Of a stretch of DNA of 64,000 nucleotides, positions 9,061-19,752 are shown piece by piece. A model generated the notes under the pieces. That model worked only from the letters and a program-made list of their open reading frames with translations, was not told the DNA's origin and did no database searches. Positions within the stretch are counted from its first letter, which is position 1. Every line of letters starts with the position of its first letter. The position numbers and the translations under genes were made by a program. This DNA comes from an uncultured bacterium (GTDB lineage Bacteria; Babelota; Babeliae; Babelales; Vermiphilaceae): NCBI GenBank assembly GCA_963713925.1, contig OY970212.1:1254722-1318721 (forward strand). The letters are read 5' to 3'.

Positions 9061-11652
9061 ATGAAAAAAAAGAATATACCATACATCACCGGCGTTCTGC
9101 TCGCGCTGAGTTGTTTTATGACTCTCAGCACATGGCCGCATAATAAACGCGCTCGCGCCCGAAATGTTATCATGGCTTCAGCAGAAGATGCGGTAGCGCA
9201 GGTTGAACATGATGTCGCTACCCATGTTGAAGTGGTCGACCTGGCTGCAGATACTCAGGTAACTGAGCAACGGAAAAAAGAAGATCAAAAGATCGTCGAT
9301 CTTGATAATAAAAATGAACCGATTGCAAAAGCGCGCGAGGAAAGTGCTGATGAATTTAAAGCAATTGAACCTCAAGAAAATCCTCAACTGAAAGAATCTG
9401 TTGATTTCGAAGATCTTGAACGTGAAAATGCCGAATCTCAAGAAGATTTAATAGAATTCAATTTTGAAAACGCAAGTTTGGAACAGCTTATTTCATATGT
9501 TGCGGATGTTTTTGATTATCAATTCATCACTCCCGATGCTGTTGATCCGGTGGCCAAAGATGAGAAAAAAATTAAAGGAAACTTGATATCATTCAAAACG
9601 CAAAAGCCTCTCTCCAAGCCTGAAGTATGGAACCTCTTTCTCACGTTCATTGATATGTCCGGCTTTGCCGTTGTGCCTTTTAATGATGAACCGAAAATTT
9701 TCAGAATTGTCACAAAAGATCCCGGAGCAGGACCTATCACTCGCGCACCAGTTCCTACCTTTATCGGCGTTGACCCAACAGAAATTCCAACAGCCGTTGC
9801 TTCAAGCGATCAAGTGATCCGTTACATCTATTTTATTAAAAATAGCACCACTGACGCATTTATCGGAGGCACCGGTAATCCGCGCATCTTAGATCAAATT
9901 AAAAGTCCCCAATCAACGATTTTAGCTCTCAAAGAGCATAACGCGCTTCTTATTATCGATAAAGCGTTCAACATTTTCAATTTGATGAAGATCGTCAAAG
10001 AGCTTGATAAGGTGAGCTTGCCGCAAGCGATGTCCGTATTGAAACTTCGCAAAGCTGATGCTATTGAGGTTAAAAATCTGTATGAAAGCTTGATCAAACC
10101 GGACGAAAAAACCCCCATGCCTAATCGGTTGTTACAACGCAAACAACCGACTGCTGCCTATTTTCCTGAAAATGTAAAAATTATTGCTGAACCCCGTACC
10201 AATTCTCTTATCTTGCTTGGTCCAATCGATACCATTAAAAAGATTGAAGATTTTATTGTGGAACACGTAGACGTTTCTATGGAGAAGCCCTTTTCTCCGC
10301 TGTATGTCTACGATGTAAAATATGCGAATGCTGAAACAATTGCTCGCATCATGAATGAGACTACTAAATTTGGAGAAACCTGGGATGAAGCCTCAAAAAC
10401 GGCTCGTGCCGTGGGGGCTGTTCGCGGAGGCATTGATCAATATTTCAAACCGATGCGCTTTGTAGCCGAGATGGCAACTAATAGAATTATTATCAAGGGA
10501 AACTATGATGATTATATTAAGGCCGTTGACATTATTAAGCAACTTGATGAACCGCAACCGCAAGTTGCCGTTGAAATTTTAGTGATACAACTGAGCTTGG
10601 AAGAACTCAAAATTTTAGGGACTCAAATGAGATCCAAAGAGCCGTGTGGAACGAATGGAATTTTCGGAAAAAACATTACGTATCAAACATCCGGAAGCTT
10701 CACCGGATCCAGCAACACAGCTCAAGGATTACAATTGCAGACTCCAAGTAGTACCGGCACGAGCTCTCCTGCCGGCGCCACACAACTGCTGGGTAACTTG
10801 CTCAACTTGGTGACTACTGCCGGAGCCGGAAATACCGTTGTTTCTTTGGGCGATGCTTTGGGAGCGTGGGCAGTCATTCAAGCGCTTGAAAGCCTCACTT
10901 CGACACAATTGGTCGCTAACCCTTTCTTAATTGCGACTAATAAAACAAAATCAAAAGTATCGGTCACTACGATTGAACGTGTGATTGACTCACAAATCTT
11001 ACAAACCGGTAGCAGTACTTCAAACACCTTCAAGGACGAAGAAGCAGGGCTTAATGTGTACGTTGAACCTCAAATTTCTTCCGATGGTATGATTACTCTG
11101 AACATAGCCGTAGAATCATCCCAATTCGTGGGTGCTGTTTTTAACCCTGCCTTTGTGCAAAAAATCGTTCGGGGCCTGCAAACAAAAACGGTTGTTGCCG
11201 ACAAAGAGGTCATTGCGCTCGGAGGCATTATCCAATCAACCGCGACTGACAATGCAAACAAAGTGCCTCTTTTGGCAGATATTCCTTTATTGGGTTGGTT
11301 TTTCAAAAATAAATCTAACGACGTTGTGCGTGATGTGCTTTTGATTTTAGTTGCAACGCAGCTCATACCTGCAGAAAAAGACAGTGAGCGTATTGAAACC
11401 TTTAACAAACGTCGCATGAATCAATATGAAGAGATTCTTGCCGATACGTATGACAATGCGGCATCGCGTGATCCGATTAATAAGTTTTTCTTTGAAAACA
11501 ACTATGGCGGTCCGCGCGAGCTTTATGAAGAATATATGTTGGATCCACGGGATCATCCGGCTCGCAGCGGCGCACGAAGAAGAAAACGTTTTGACCAAAA
11601 GCAAGAAGCAACCACTACCGCTGAAAATGAACTGAGAGGAGTTGCTTCATGA
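9061..11652 (+). CDS. gspD: Secretin (GspD-type), copy 1
   Basis: FNFENASL N0 domain, N-domain repeats (EPRTNSLIL), LDEPQPQVAVE, KVPLLADIPLLGWFFK secretin signature. Confidence 0.92.
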   Translation: MKKKNIPYITGVLLALSCFMTLSTWPHNKRARARNVIMASAEDAVAQVEHDVATHVEVVDLAADTQVTEQRKKEDQKIVDLDNKNEPIAKAREESADEFKAIEPQENPQLKESVDFEDLERENAESQEDLIEFNFENASLEQLISYVADVFDYQFITPDAVDPVAKDEKKIKGNLISFKTQKPLSKPEVWNLFLTFIDMSGFAVVPFNDEPKIFRIVTKDPGAGPITRAPVPTFIGVDPTEIPTAVASSDQVIRYIYFIKNSTTDAFIGGTGNPRILDQIKSPQSTILALKEHNALLIIDKAFNIFNLMKIVKELDKVSLPQAMSVLKLRKADAIEVKNLYESLIKPDEKTPMPNRLLQRKQPTAAYFPENVKIIAEPRTNSLILLGPIDTIKKIEDFIVEHVDVSMEKPFSPLYVYDVKYANAETIARIMNETTKFGETWDEASKTARAVGAVRGGIDQYFKPMRFVAEMATNRIIIKGNYDDYIKAVDIIKQLDEPQPQVAVEILVIQLSLEELKILGTQMRSKEPCGTNGIFGKNITYQTSGSFTGSSNTAQGLQLQTPSSTGTSSPAGATQLLGNLLNLVTTAGAGNTVVSLGDALGAWAVIQALESLTSTQLVANPFLIATNKTKSKVSVTTIERVIDSQILQTGSSTSNTFKDEEAGLNVYVEPQISSDGMITLNIAVESSQFVGAVFNPAFVQKIVRGLQTKTVVADKEVIALGGIIQSTATDNANKVPLLADIPLLGWFFKNKSNDVVRDVLLILVATQLIPAEKDSERIETFNKRRMNQYEEILADTYDNAASRDPINKFFFENNYGGPRELYEEYMLDPRDHPARSGARRRKRFDQKQEATTTAENELRGVAS

Positions 11653-13280
11653 TTCGCGATATTTTCATCCCAAATCGTATCGGTTCCTATTACCTCTTTC
11701 CGCAACGGATCGTCGGCATCGATATACAACCGCATGCGATCTATGCGACTGTGCTCTATTTGTATAAACGTATCATCGCTATTGAAAAGCAATTGAGTCG
11801 ACCGGTTGCGGAAAACAGCGCACCAGAGCAAACAGCACAGGTGCTTAAAGAGCTCTTTGAATCGATAGGCTCATATGATTATGTCGCGACGGTATTGCCA
11901 AGTTCATATGCGGTATTTAAAACAATCACTCTGCCTTTCACCAACAAAGAGAAGATCGGCATGGTGATTGGATACGAGCTGGAGCCCGGATTGCCCTTTG
12001 CGCTTTCCGATGCAGCAATCGGATTTATCACAACCGCTGTTGATGAACAAGAACAATCAACGGAAGTTGTTGCAGTTGCTATCAAAAAAGAGTATCTGCA
12101 AGCACATAAAACGATTTTCGAACTCGCCGGCATCACACCGGAACTTGTATCTATCGATAGCTTGGTAAATTTCGAAATAATAAAAAGCACCGCTACGTTC
12201 AAGCAACGCAGTTCGCAACCAGTTGCGCTTATTAACATCAAAGATGCTGAGACAGAAGTAAGCTATATCTTGAATGGTGCACTGAAACTGATCCGAACAC
12301 TTCCGACAGGGATGTACGATATTCTCAAGGGAGTTGCACAAAAAACAGGTTCTTCCATCGCAAAAGTAAAAACACTCATTGATCAGTATGGAGTGCTCAA
12401 TAATCCTGATCACACCTTTGATGCGGCAATTAAGGAATCATGTAATAGCTTGATTCAATCAATTGCATTCACGTGCAATACCTTCAGTCAACGAGTCAAT
12501 TTTCCACCGATACAATCAAGCCTTCTTGTCGGTGCAGCCACGCAACTCAAGGAGATGGAAACGCTTATATCACAAAAATTAAGCACTCCGTGCACTTCCA
12601 TACCTACTGCAGAATTGATGGGCGCGCAAGATGTATCACTTAAACCATCGCAAGAGTATTTGTCCAGTTTCGCAGTTGCACACGCCTTTGCAAATGCACG
12701 CAATGCCAATATTGCGACACAAGAATCGACTCAACGAGATTTATCACTCGTTACCAAACAAATTATAACAGTGGGCATTCTTTCCTTGCTCTTAGTAGCA
12801 ACTGTTGGCGTCAGCACCTTTATGCAACTGAGACATTGGAATGCCGAATATAATAGCTCATTGGAGCAAGCTATTCAAGAACTCAAATCAATTCCGGGCG
12901 CAACCGCAGCCCCTGGGCAGGAGGAAGAGGGTGAAGCTCCTTCAGAATCCCTTGAATCATACATTGCACGAGCTAAAACACTGGTTGCGCAACGCAAAAA
13001 TCTTGTCGATCAATTTTCTCCGGCTCATAAACGATCAATGCTTGAATACCTCTTGGAGCTTTCAAAATTAGATAGAGACGAGCTTGGTCTGAACATGGAG
13101 CGATTAACGCTTACTCCACAAAAAATGGTTATCAAGGGGCGTGTCAAAGGACCTAATGAAATTGCCATAGTAAGAAACGTAATTGAAGGTTCTCATTTGT
13201 TTGGACAATATACTCCATCACATGGTCTTTCAAATCCTGAATTTAGTGCGACCATCACTCTAACATCAAAGAGGCCATAG
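11649..13280 (+). CDS. GspL/PilM-like actin-fold assembly protein with TM and periplasmic domain
   Basis: VGIDI start, TITLPF...ELEPGLPFA, single TM near residue 375-392; operon position. Confidence 0.8.
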   Translation: MIRDIFIPNRIGSYYLFPQRIVGIDIQPHAIYATVLYLYKRIIAIEKQLSRPVAENSAPEQTAQVLKELFESIGSYDYVATVLPSSYAVFKTITLPFTNKEKIGMVIGYELEPGLPFALSDAAIGFITTAVDEQEQSTEVVAVAIKKEYLQAHKTIFELAGITPELVSIDSLVNFEIIKSTATFKQRSSQPVALINIKDAETEVSYILNGALKLIRTLPTGMYDILKGVAQKTGSSIAKVKTLIDQYGVLNNPDHTFDAAIKESCNSLIQSIAFTCNTFSQRVNFPPIQSSLLVGAATQLKEMETLISQKLSTPCTSIPTAELMGAQDVSLKPSQEYLSSFAVAHAFANARNANIATQESTQRDLSLVTKQIITVGILSLLLVATVGVSTFMQLRHWNAEYNSSLEQAIQELKSIPGATAAPGQEEEGEAPSESLESYIARAKTLVAQRKNLVDQFSPAHKRSMLEYLLELSKLDRDELGLNMERLTLTPQKMVIKGRVKGPNEIAIVRNVIEGSHLFGQYTPSHGLSNPEFSATITLTSKRP

Positions 13281-13281
13281 C

Positions 13282-13827
13282 ATGAATATCTTTAAACGCC
13301 TCCAGGAATATTTCGATTCACTCGATTACACCGGATTTTTGAAAGTTATCGGCATATATGCCTCGATACTTACACTCATTGTTGGTGGGCTTTTGTATTG
13401 GAAATCATATAAAATGGAAATCCTGACTGAATCTCTCGATGATTTAAATAGTAAACGAGAAGAAATCAAAAAATTGCTCACCTCCTATAAAGCATTAGAG
13501 CAAGAGCAAAAAAATGTTGATTCAATCATTACCAAAGACCCTGATTTTAATTTGGCGGCCTATTTTGAAAATTTGTTGCAAAGTTTCAAGGTTAAGCAAT
13601 CGAAAAAAGTGGCTATCATCAGTCGCGCTACCAAAGCCAACAACTATATTGAAGAAATAGCAAGTGCCGACCTGGTTGAAATAGATATGAAAACGTTAAC
13701 GGAAATTATCCAAGAGCTTGACAGCAATAATAGAATCACCATTCAAAAATTGGACATTACCAAAACAATGGCCACGACCGTCAATGTCAGCATTGATGTA
13801 GCAACATTGCTCAAAAAGAGCGCATAA
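13282..13827 (+). CDS. GspM/PilO-like protein
   Basis: TM + coiled coil + ferredoxin-like C-terminus; follows the GspL-like gene. Confidence 0.65.
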   Translation: MNIFKRLQEYFDSLDYTGFLKVIGIYASILTLIVGGLLYWKSYKMEILTESLDDLNSKREEIKKLLTSYKALEQEQKNVDSIITKDPDFNLAAYFENLLQSFKVKQSKKVAIISRATKANNYIEEIASADLVEIDMKTLTEIIQELDSNNRITIQKLDITKTMATTVNVSIDVATLLKKSA

Positions 13828-13847
13828 AAAACTAAGGAATTATACTT

Positions 13848-16781
13848 ATGATGGGCTGCAGAACTCGCTCGTTAACAACAAATGCACTTATCACCGCGCT
13901 GTTCTTTTCTTCTTTTAACTTTGCACAAGATCAACATGCGATCTTGCTTGAAAAAATCATGTCTCAAGAGAATGGGACTCCAAAAAAGAAGGCTCGCAAC
14001 AGAAAAAATGCTCATGCAAAAAAAATGAACTTTGTCTTTGAAAATGAAGGCATTGTTGATGCGGTCAACACTATCGCTGCCCACAAGGAAGCCAATATTC
14101 TTTTGCCGGTCAAAGACGCTGATTTTGAAAAAATTAAAGTTAATTTCGATTCAGTCACAGACGTGACTGTCGATCAAGCATGGAATTTTTTGCAAATATT
14201 GCTTGATCTTTCCGGATATACGATGGTGCAAGAAAATGATCTTTGGAAGATTATTAAAAAAGATAAAACAATGAACCGAGAGCCGCTCCCGATTTTTGTG
14301 GGAATGACGCCGGAAGATCTTCCTGAATCAGAAGATCGGATTCGCTATGTCTATTTCTTCTCAAACTTGAGGGTGGGTGACAACGCTAATAAATCTGACA
14401 ATGAAATTACCGCACTCATGAACATATTGCTTGCGGATCAAACAAAACTTGAAGCAAGCCATTATCTTGATCAAACAACAAATTCAATCATCCTTGCAGG
14501 CAAATCTGCTGATATTAAAGCAGCAATGCGTGTCATTGTTGAACTCGACAACTCTGACATTAAGGAAATGATGGAAGTGCTCCCCCTCAACTATCTATCG
14601 GCAGATTTTGTTACTAATTTATTGCAAAGCCTCCAAGAGCCCACGGAAGCTGAAAAAAAACAAAGTCCTTTGCTGCCAAAGCCAGCCTCAGGAGCAACTT
14701 ATTTTTCACGCAATGTGAAAATACTTCCTTTCGGGGCAAAAAATGCAATCATATTGCTCGGAAAACAAACAGATATTGGCCGTATTAAAGAATTCACCCA
14801 AAAATATCTTGATGTCGCTCTTGATTCGGGTAAATCAGTGTTACATGTGTATAAATTGCAATATCTGGATGCCACCCCTTTTGCAGGAGTACTGACAGAG
14901 ATCGTTAAACGGGATGAATCGCGCAAAACAACCGGACAGTCTGCAGGGAAAACATTATCTGATGGAACAGACATTGAAACCTATTTTGAAGAGGTTATAA
15001 TTAGATCCGATAAACCAACCAAAGATGAAATTACTAAAACTCTGGCACAAGAATCTAAGGAGAAACTCTTAACAAATTTGCAACCACCGTCATATAACAC
15101 AAAAAGTGATGAAACCCTCGGAAGCTATGGCGGCGGCAACAAACTGATAATTGCATGTCGTGACAGTGATTGGGAAAAAATACGAAAACTTATCGAAGAC
15201 CTGGATACTCCTTCGCCACAAATTGTAATTGAGGTGTTGATTACTGAAATGCAAGCATCACAAGTCAAAGAAATTGCATCGCAGTTGCGTAATCCGGGCT
15301 GCTTTCCTATGCCGAACAATGTCAACGCACAAACCGGCATGTTTGATACATCCGGGGCCACAACCACAAACTCTTCAGGTGTGACGACCAGTTTGGCTCA
15401 AATTGTTCCTGGATATACTCCCGGAAACACTCCGGTACCTCCTACCCCAACAACTTCGGGCAACATTCTTACTACTCTACAAGCAGACTTGCTTGCCAAT
15501 GCATTGCAGAATCCGGCGTCAACCACACCCAATTTTATCAGCCTTGCCGGAGCAGCTCCGATTGGATCAACTGTCATCCAAGCATCTGATTCTAACGGTA
15601 AGACATGGGGGTTGCTTCAAATTCTTGATACTTTGAGCGCGACAAATATTATTTCAAATCCGCATGTGATTGCGACCAATAACACCAAAACGGTCGTCTC
15701 CACTATGGACCAGCGCTTGTTGCCTGATACTGCGGCAAACACCGGCGGTCAAGGTACCACAACAATTATCAATAAATGGGCAAACGCCCCGGTGCAGATA
15801 GTAGTGACTCCTCGCATTAGCGGCGAATTTGTAAACCTTGATCTTCAAATTGATATCACTCGATTTTTAACAACGGCGACTTCGACAAATGCTACCCAAC
15901 AAAGCCGCTTGAAACGACAAATTTATACTCAGGCAAATGTTCCCAATGGCGCTATACTTGCGCTCGGTGGATTGACCAGCAACGAGGATGATGCATTCAA
16001 CGCTCGTACGCCGATTTTAGGAAGAATTCCTATTCTTGGATATTTTTTCAAAAGACGCAGCAATACTGAAACTGATTCGGTCGTCGTGGTCTTCATCTGT
16101 CCGACCATTATTCAACCGCGCTTGCGCGCCGGTGTAAGTGATTATACCAATGAACATATTAATTTATCCAAAAAATATATCCGAGACGGAATGGCATTCA
16201 GCTCACTGCGCGATCCGATTACTCACTGGTTCTTTGCAAATGAAGGTCTTGATCAAATAAGCGAAATTGATGACTTCTTGTTACAAGATGATTCAAGAGC
16301 TCAAGAATTTTACCGCTCAGTTGACGAAGGGACAGCTAATCCGGAAGTTCAAGGACGAAAATTGGCAAAAGCCGAAGCGCTCGGACAAACTCAGGACGTT
16401 GGAACAGTTATCGGCTCGCCAAAGCAAAAAATAACAGGAATACGAGAGATTCAGGAGCATGAAGCGAATATCGACACATTAGTTGATGTTTCCGCCTACG
16501 CTCAAAAAGATGAACTTCAGCGTGACGCTACTTCGTTAAAACTTCGTAGCGCAGGCAGGTCCGTCTCCGACAGCGAGACCGGACCGCGTGACGGGCTGGC
16601 CATTGCCCAAGCGCAAAAAAAGCCAGAAGCAATATCTACCGCCGCTCAAAAAGACGAGCTAAGGCGTGACAGGCCTGCCGCCTCACAAAAAACAGAGGCC
16701 GAACCTAAAAAAGAGCGCCCTTTGCTAACGCTCATGGCAGAAATGGAAAATCCGCTGAAACGTAAATCTAGACTGCAATGA
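13848..16781 (+). CDS. gspD: Secretin (GspD-type), copy 2
   Basis: LDTPSPQIVIEV, ILALGGL, RTPILGRIPILGYFFK; paralogous to 9061..11652. Confidence 0.9.
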   Translation: MMGCRTRSLTTNALITALFFSSFNFAQDQHAILLEKIMSQENGTPKKKARNRKNAHAKKMNFVFENEGIVDAVNTIAAHKEANILLPVKDADFEKIKVNFDSVTDVTVDQAWNFLQILLDLSGYTMVQENDLWKIIKKDKTMNREPLPIFVGMTPEDLPESEDRIRYVYFFSNLRVGDNANKSDNEITALMNILLADQTKLEASHYLDQTTNSIILAGKSADIKAAMRVIVELDNSDIKEMMEVLPLNYLSADFVTNLLQSLQEPTEAEKKQSPLLPKPASGATYFSRNVKILPFGAKNAIILLGKQTDIGRIKEFTQKYLDVALDSGKSVLHVYKLQYLDATPFAGVLTEIVKRDESRKTTGQSAGKTLSDGTDIETYFEEVIIRSDKPTKDEITKTLAQESKEKLLTNLQPPSYNTKSDETLGSYGGGNKLIIACRDSDWEKIRKLIEDLDTPSPQIVIEVLITEMQASQVKEIASQLRNPGCFPMPNNVNAQTGMFDTSGATTTNSSGVTTSLAQIVPGYTPGNTPVPPTPTTSGNILTTLQADLLANALQNPASTTPNFISLAGAAPIGSTVIQASDSNGKTWGLLQILDTLSATNIISNPHVIATNNTKTVVSTMDQRLLPDTAANTGGQGTTTIINKWANAPVQIVVTPRISGEFVNLDLQIDITRFLTTATSTNATQQSRLKRQIYTQANVPNGAILALGGLTSNEDDAFNARTPILGRIPILGYFFKRRSNTETDSVVVVFICPTIIQPRLRAGVSDYTNEHINLSKKYIRDGMAFSSLRDPITHWFFANEGLDQISEIDDFLLQDDSRAQEFYRSVDEGTANPEVQGRKLAKAEALGQTQDVGTVIGSPKQKITGIREIQEHEANIDTLVDVSAYAQKDELQRDATSLKLRSAGRSVSDSETGPRDGLAIAQAQKKPEAISTAAQKDELRRDRPAASQKTEAEPKKERPLLTLMAEMENPLKRKSRLQ

Positions 16782-16806
16782 ATTTTTGAAGGTGTAAAAT
16801 TTGGAA

Positions 16807-17071
16807 GTTCGAATGGTTCGATTTCGCTACGCTACACTCACCACGAACGGAAAAAGAAACCGGATCTATCTAGGGTCTGTTGAGTTTTTGTAGTCATGAA
16901 AACCGGTGGTTATTTCATGTTTTCAGAACAAAAAGCTCTTCCCCCCGTTCGTGGTGAGCGATAGTCGAACCATTCGAACGGGAAAGTTTACTTGATCAAA
17001 AAAATTGTTCTTATTATGTCACATGACTGTTCGTATGGTTCGATTTCGCTGCGCTACACTCACCACGAACG
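16807..17071. repeat. Cluster of three REP-like palindromic repeats (family A: GTTCG.ATGGTTCGA...CTCACCACGAACG)
   Basis: Copies at 16807-16850 (+), 16945-16979 (-) and 17029-17071 (+). Confidence 0.85.
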
Positions 17072-17116
17072 AATTTGAAGCTATTTTTTATATTTTTAAA
17101 AACTCAACAGAACCTA
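16871..17116. mobile_element. MITE-like element with 19-bp terminal inverted repeats
   Basis: TAGGGTCTGTTGAGTTTTT (16871-16889) and AAAAACTCAACAGAACCTA (17098-17116), one mismatch; non-coding interior. Confidence 0.7.
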
Positions 17117-17128
17117 AGATAAAAAAAC

Positions 17129-17161
17129 AAATGACCCCACATTTTTCACGTGGGGTTATTT
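17129..17161. terminator. Intrinsic terminator downstream of eno
   Basis: AAATGACCCCAC...GTGGGGTTATTT hairpin with A/T flanks. Confidence 0.65.
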
Positions 17162-17183
17162 ATACATGATGGAGTAGATCTCT

Positions 17184-18437
17184 TTACTCATCAAGCATCG
17201 ACATCAACAATGTGTCTTCCAGACGCAAAAGTTGATTGTATTTTGCAATACGTTCTCCGCCTCTGCAGCCGCCGGCTTTAATGTGGCCGGCATTGGTGCC
17301 AATCGCAAGATCAACAATAAACGTGTCTTCCGTTTCTCCCGAGCGGTGAGAAATAATAGGCTGAAGATCACCTTCGCGACACAAATTAATTGCTTGCAAT
17401 GTTTCAGTAATAGTTCCGATTTGATTTGGCTTGATGATGGCAGCGGATGCAACTTTTCTTTCAATTGCCTCTGATATTCGATGCGGATTAGTGGCAAAAA
17501 TATCATCGCCCACAATCTTAATTTGATCTTTCAACAGCGCTGTCATCTCTTGCCAACCATCCCAGTCATCTACTTGTAAGCCATCTTCAATTGCATACAT
17601 CGGATAGGTTTTCACCCATGATTGATACATTGCTATTAATTCTTGTGACGTTTTTTGTTTATCGAACCATCGATAGGTGCCACTTGATGAATCATACAAT
17701 TGTTGGGCAGCAATATCCAATGATAAAAAGACTTGGCTCTCTGCTTTGATAGATGCAATTGCTGACATAACCATATCAAGCACGTCTTCTACAGCCGTTG
17801 CCTCAAATGCATAACCGCCTTCGAGCCCATATCCAAATGGAATGCCTTTTTTCTCCAGAAGTTTAGAAAATGCACGAAAAATCTGCTGACTGCATTCCAT
17901 CGCTTCTCGAAATGTCTGCATGCCTGCAGGCATGATCATAATCTCTTGCACCGGAAAATTACCGGAAGTATGCGCTCCCCCGTTAACAAGATTCAACAAC
18001 GGGAAGGGAATCGAAACTGATGATTGTTCGCAAAAGTGGGCTATCAATTCATACAATTCAAGCCCATGGGCCACTGCCTGCGCCTTAGCTACTGCCATAC
18101 TTACCGCAGTCATCGTGTTGGCACCCAGCTTTGATTTGTCGGTTGTGCCATCAAGTTCGACCATTTCAACGTCAAGCTCTACAAGATCGGGCTCTTGTCC
18201 GATGAGGGCAGGAGCAATCACATCTTCCAATTTTTTGATTGCCTTTGAAACCCCCATCCCCTCAAGCCGCTTGCCGCCGTCACGAAGCTCTCGAGCTTCA
18301 TACGGACTCTTTGAGGTGCCTGAGGGCGCTGAGGCACGAACAATAATTTCATCATCAAGATATAATTCACACTCAACCGTGGGAATGCCTCTTGAATCAT
18401 ATATCTCGCGACCGGTTAGCTGCGTTATTTCCATCAT
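17184..18437 (-). CDS. eno: Enolase
   Basis: REIYDSRGIPTVE, KLGANT, NGGAH, IEDG, VGDD, IKPNQIGT, SHRSGETED, RIAKYNQLLRLE. Confidence 0.95.
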   Translation of the reverse strand: MMEITQLTGREIYDSRGIPTVECELYLDDEIIVRASAPSGTSKSPYEARELRDGGKRLEGMGVSKAIKKLEDVIAPALIGQEPDLVELDVEMVELDGTTDKSKLGANTMTAVSMAVAKAQAVAHGLELYELIAHFCEQSSVSIPFPLLNLVNGGAHTSGNFPVQEIMIMPAGMQTFREAMECSQQIFRAFSKLLEKKGIPFGYGLEGGYAFEATAVEDVLDMVMSAIASIKAESQVFLSLDIAAQQLYDSSSGTYRWFDKQKTSQELIAMYQSWVKTYPMYAIEDGLQVDDWDGWQEMTALLKDQIKIVGDDIFATNPHRISEAIERKVASAAIIKPNQIGTITETLQAINLCREGDLQPIISHRSGETEDTFIVDLAIGTNAGHIKAGGCRGGERIAKYNQLLRLEDTLLMSMLDE

Positions 18438-18871
18438 TAATCCTTTTTTATCCCAAACTATTTTGGGCACATTTTTTAATGAAAAAAAATATATACTTTT
18501 GAGTATCGTACTATAATCGACAAATTATTACGATGTCTATAAAAGTACGAAAAAATTTTCATGTCATTTTTTATAAACCGATGATTTTTAAAAAAAACCT
18601 TTAGTTTAACTCAAAAATCTATTTTTTCTCTGAAAACACTGACCTTTTTTTGATGCCAATTAATAGCAAACGGATATTGCTTTTTACAAAACTTCATATA
18701 GGATTGGTTGCGATTTTGGTTTTGAAGTTTGTAGTGAAGCAACGAGCAGTCAAAACAATCATAACTCAAAATCATTAGGAGTCTCTATTATGCGCATCTT
18801 ATAAAATAAATTGATTGGAAGAAGTAGTTGAATGATGCATAAAAATCAATTCTATTTTTATAGGAGTTTAT

Positions 18872-19498
18872 ATGAAAAAAATCTTATTGTTACTTATTTG
18901 CTCTCTGAGCGCATTTGCAAGTGAATTAGTTGTAAAAGGTGGTGGCCTTGCTTCACACAAGCTGGGAAATATCGATCTGATCAGAACCGATAAAGGATAC
19001 GAAATTCTCAAAGCAAACAAGCGTATCCAAGTGAAAGATTACGATATCGATCCTTTACTGAAAAAACTTGATAAAAAGAAATTGGCAACTTTTTTTTCAG
19101 AGGGACATGGATACACCGAAGTTTCACAGCTATCAAACGGCGATTACAAAGTAAGAGCTCATGTGCGTGGCCAAGGTGGCGGAGCTGCTTTTGGTGCCTT
19201 TGTATATTGGGCAACAAAAAGCCTTTGTTATGGGACAATTGCAGCCGGTGTTAGTGCCGGTCTTGTTGCAACAGGCGGAATGGCTGGTGGAGCAATAGCC
19301 GGTGCCGCAACTTTAAGCGCAGGTCCTGGAACTGCTGTAGTTGCAGGTGCAATCGGCGCAAACGCCGCTGCAAGTCAAGCAGCAATGCTCGGCGCTACGT
19401 GCGCTGTAAATTCTGTTGGAGTTGCCGGAGTAGCAACAGCGATAGAAGCTCTCGCTTTAACCTTAGGAACCTTGGCTGGTATGACCCCTACTCCTTAA
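18872..19498 (+). CDS. Secreted protein with soluble N-domain and long Gly/Ala-rich hydrophobic C-domain
   Basis: AGGAG RBS, Sec signal, charged ~85-aa domain ending RGQGG, then ~105 mostly uncharged residues. Confidence 0.8.
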   Translation: MKKILLLLICSLSAFASELVVKGGGLASHKLGNIDLIRTDKGYEILKANKRIQVKDYDIDPLLKKLDKKKLATFFSEGHGYTEVSQLSNGDYKVRAHVRGQGGGAAFGAFVYWATKSLCYGTIAAGVSAGLVATGGMAGGAIAGAATLSAGPGTAVVAGAIGANAAASQAAMLGATCAVNSVGVAGVATAIEALALTLGTLAGMTPTP

Positions 19499-19512
19499 GA
19501 GAGCCAACTCCC

Positions 19513-19713
19513 ATGACAAAAAATATGTTAGCAAGTTATGCAAGTGTTTTATTTGAACGAATGAACTCTTTTATAATCTTATGTATATTTTTGTTTTTTC
19601 TGAAATTTAACGGATTTGGATATACAGATATTTCATATACATGGCTTATTTTTACAGCTATAGTGGGCTACCTGGTCGGTCCGTTTATCAGACAATTTTT
19701 TTCTCTAAATTAG
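19513..19713 (+). CDS. Small 2-TM membrane protein
   Basis: ATG 15 nt after the upstream stop; two hydrophobic segments. Confidence 0.55.
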   Translation: MTKNMLASYASVLFERMNSFIILCIFLFFLKFNGFGYTDISYTWLIFTAIVGYLVGPFIRQFFSLN

Positions 19714-19752
19714 AGCGAATAGTGCAGAGAGCAGAAGGGCGCCGCTCTCTGC

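Noticed and set aside
16807..17071. Possible CRISPR array (recurring ~40-bp repeats; Cas4-like gene in the window)
   Set aside because: Copies alternate in orientation, vary internally and are irregularly spaced and dispersed. No cas1/cas2 is present and the Cas4-like gene is 43 kb away.
17184..18437. Enolase as a pseudo-enzyme (GLEGG, PSGTS and HIKAG deviations)
   Set aside because: The key catalytic and metal-binding residues (His, Glu, Asp, Lys, HRS) appear retained; divergence alone is not evidence of lost function.
17920..18516. 198-aa + strand ORF and similar antisense ORFs within secretins, potA, glyA, hsdR and metG
   Set aside because: They are shadow frames of well-supported genes on the opposite strand or in another frame.
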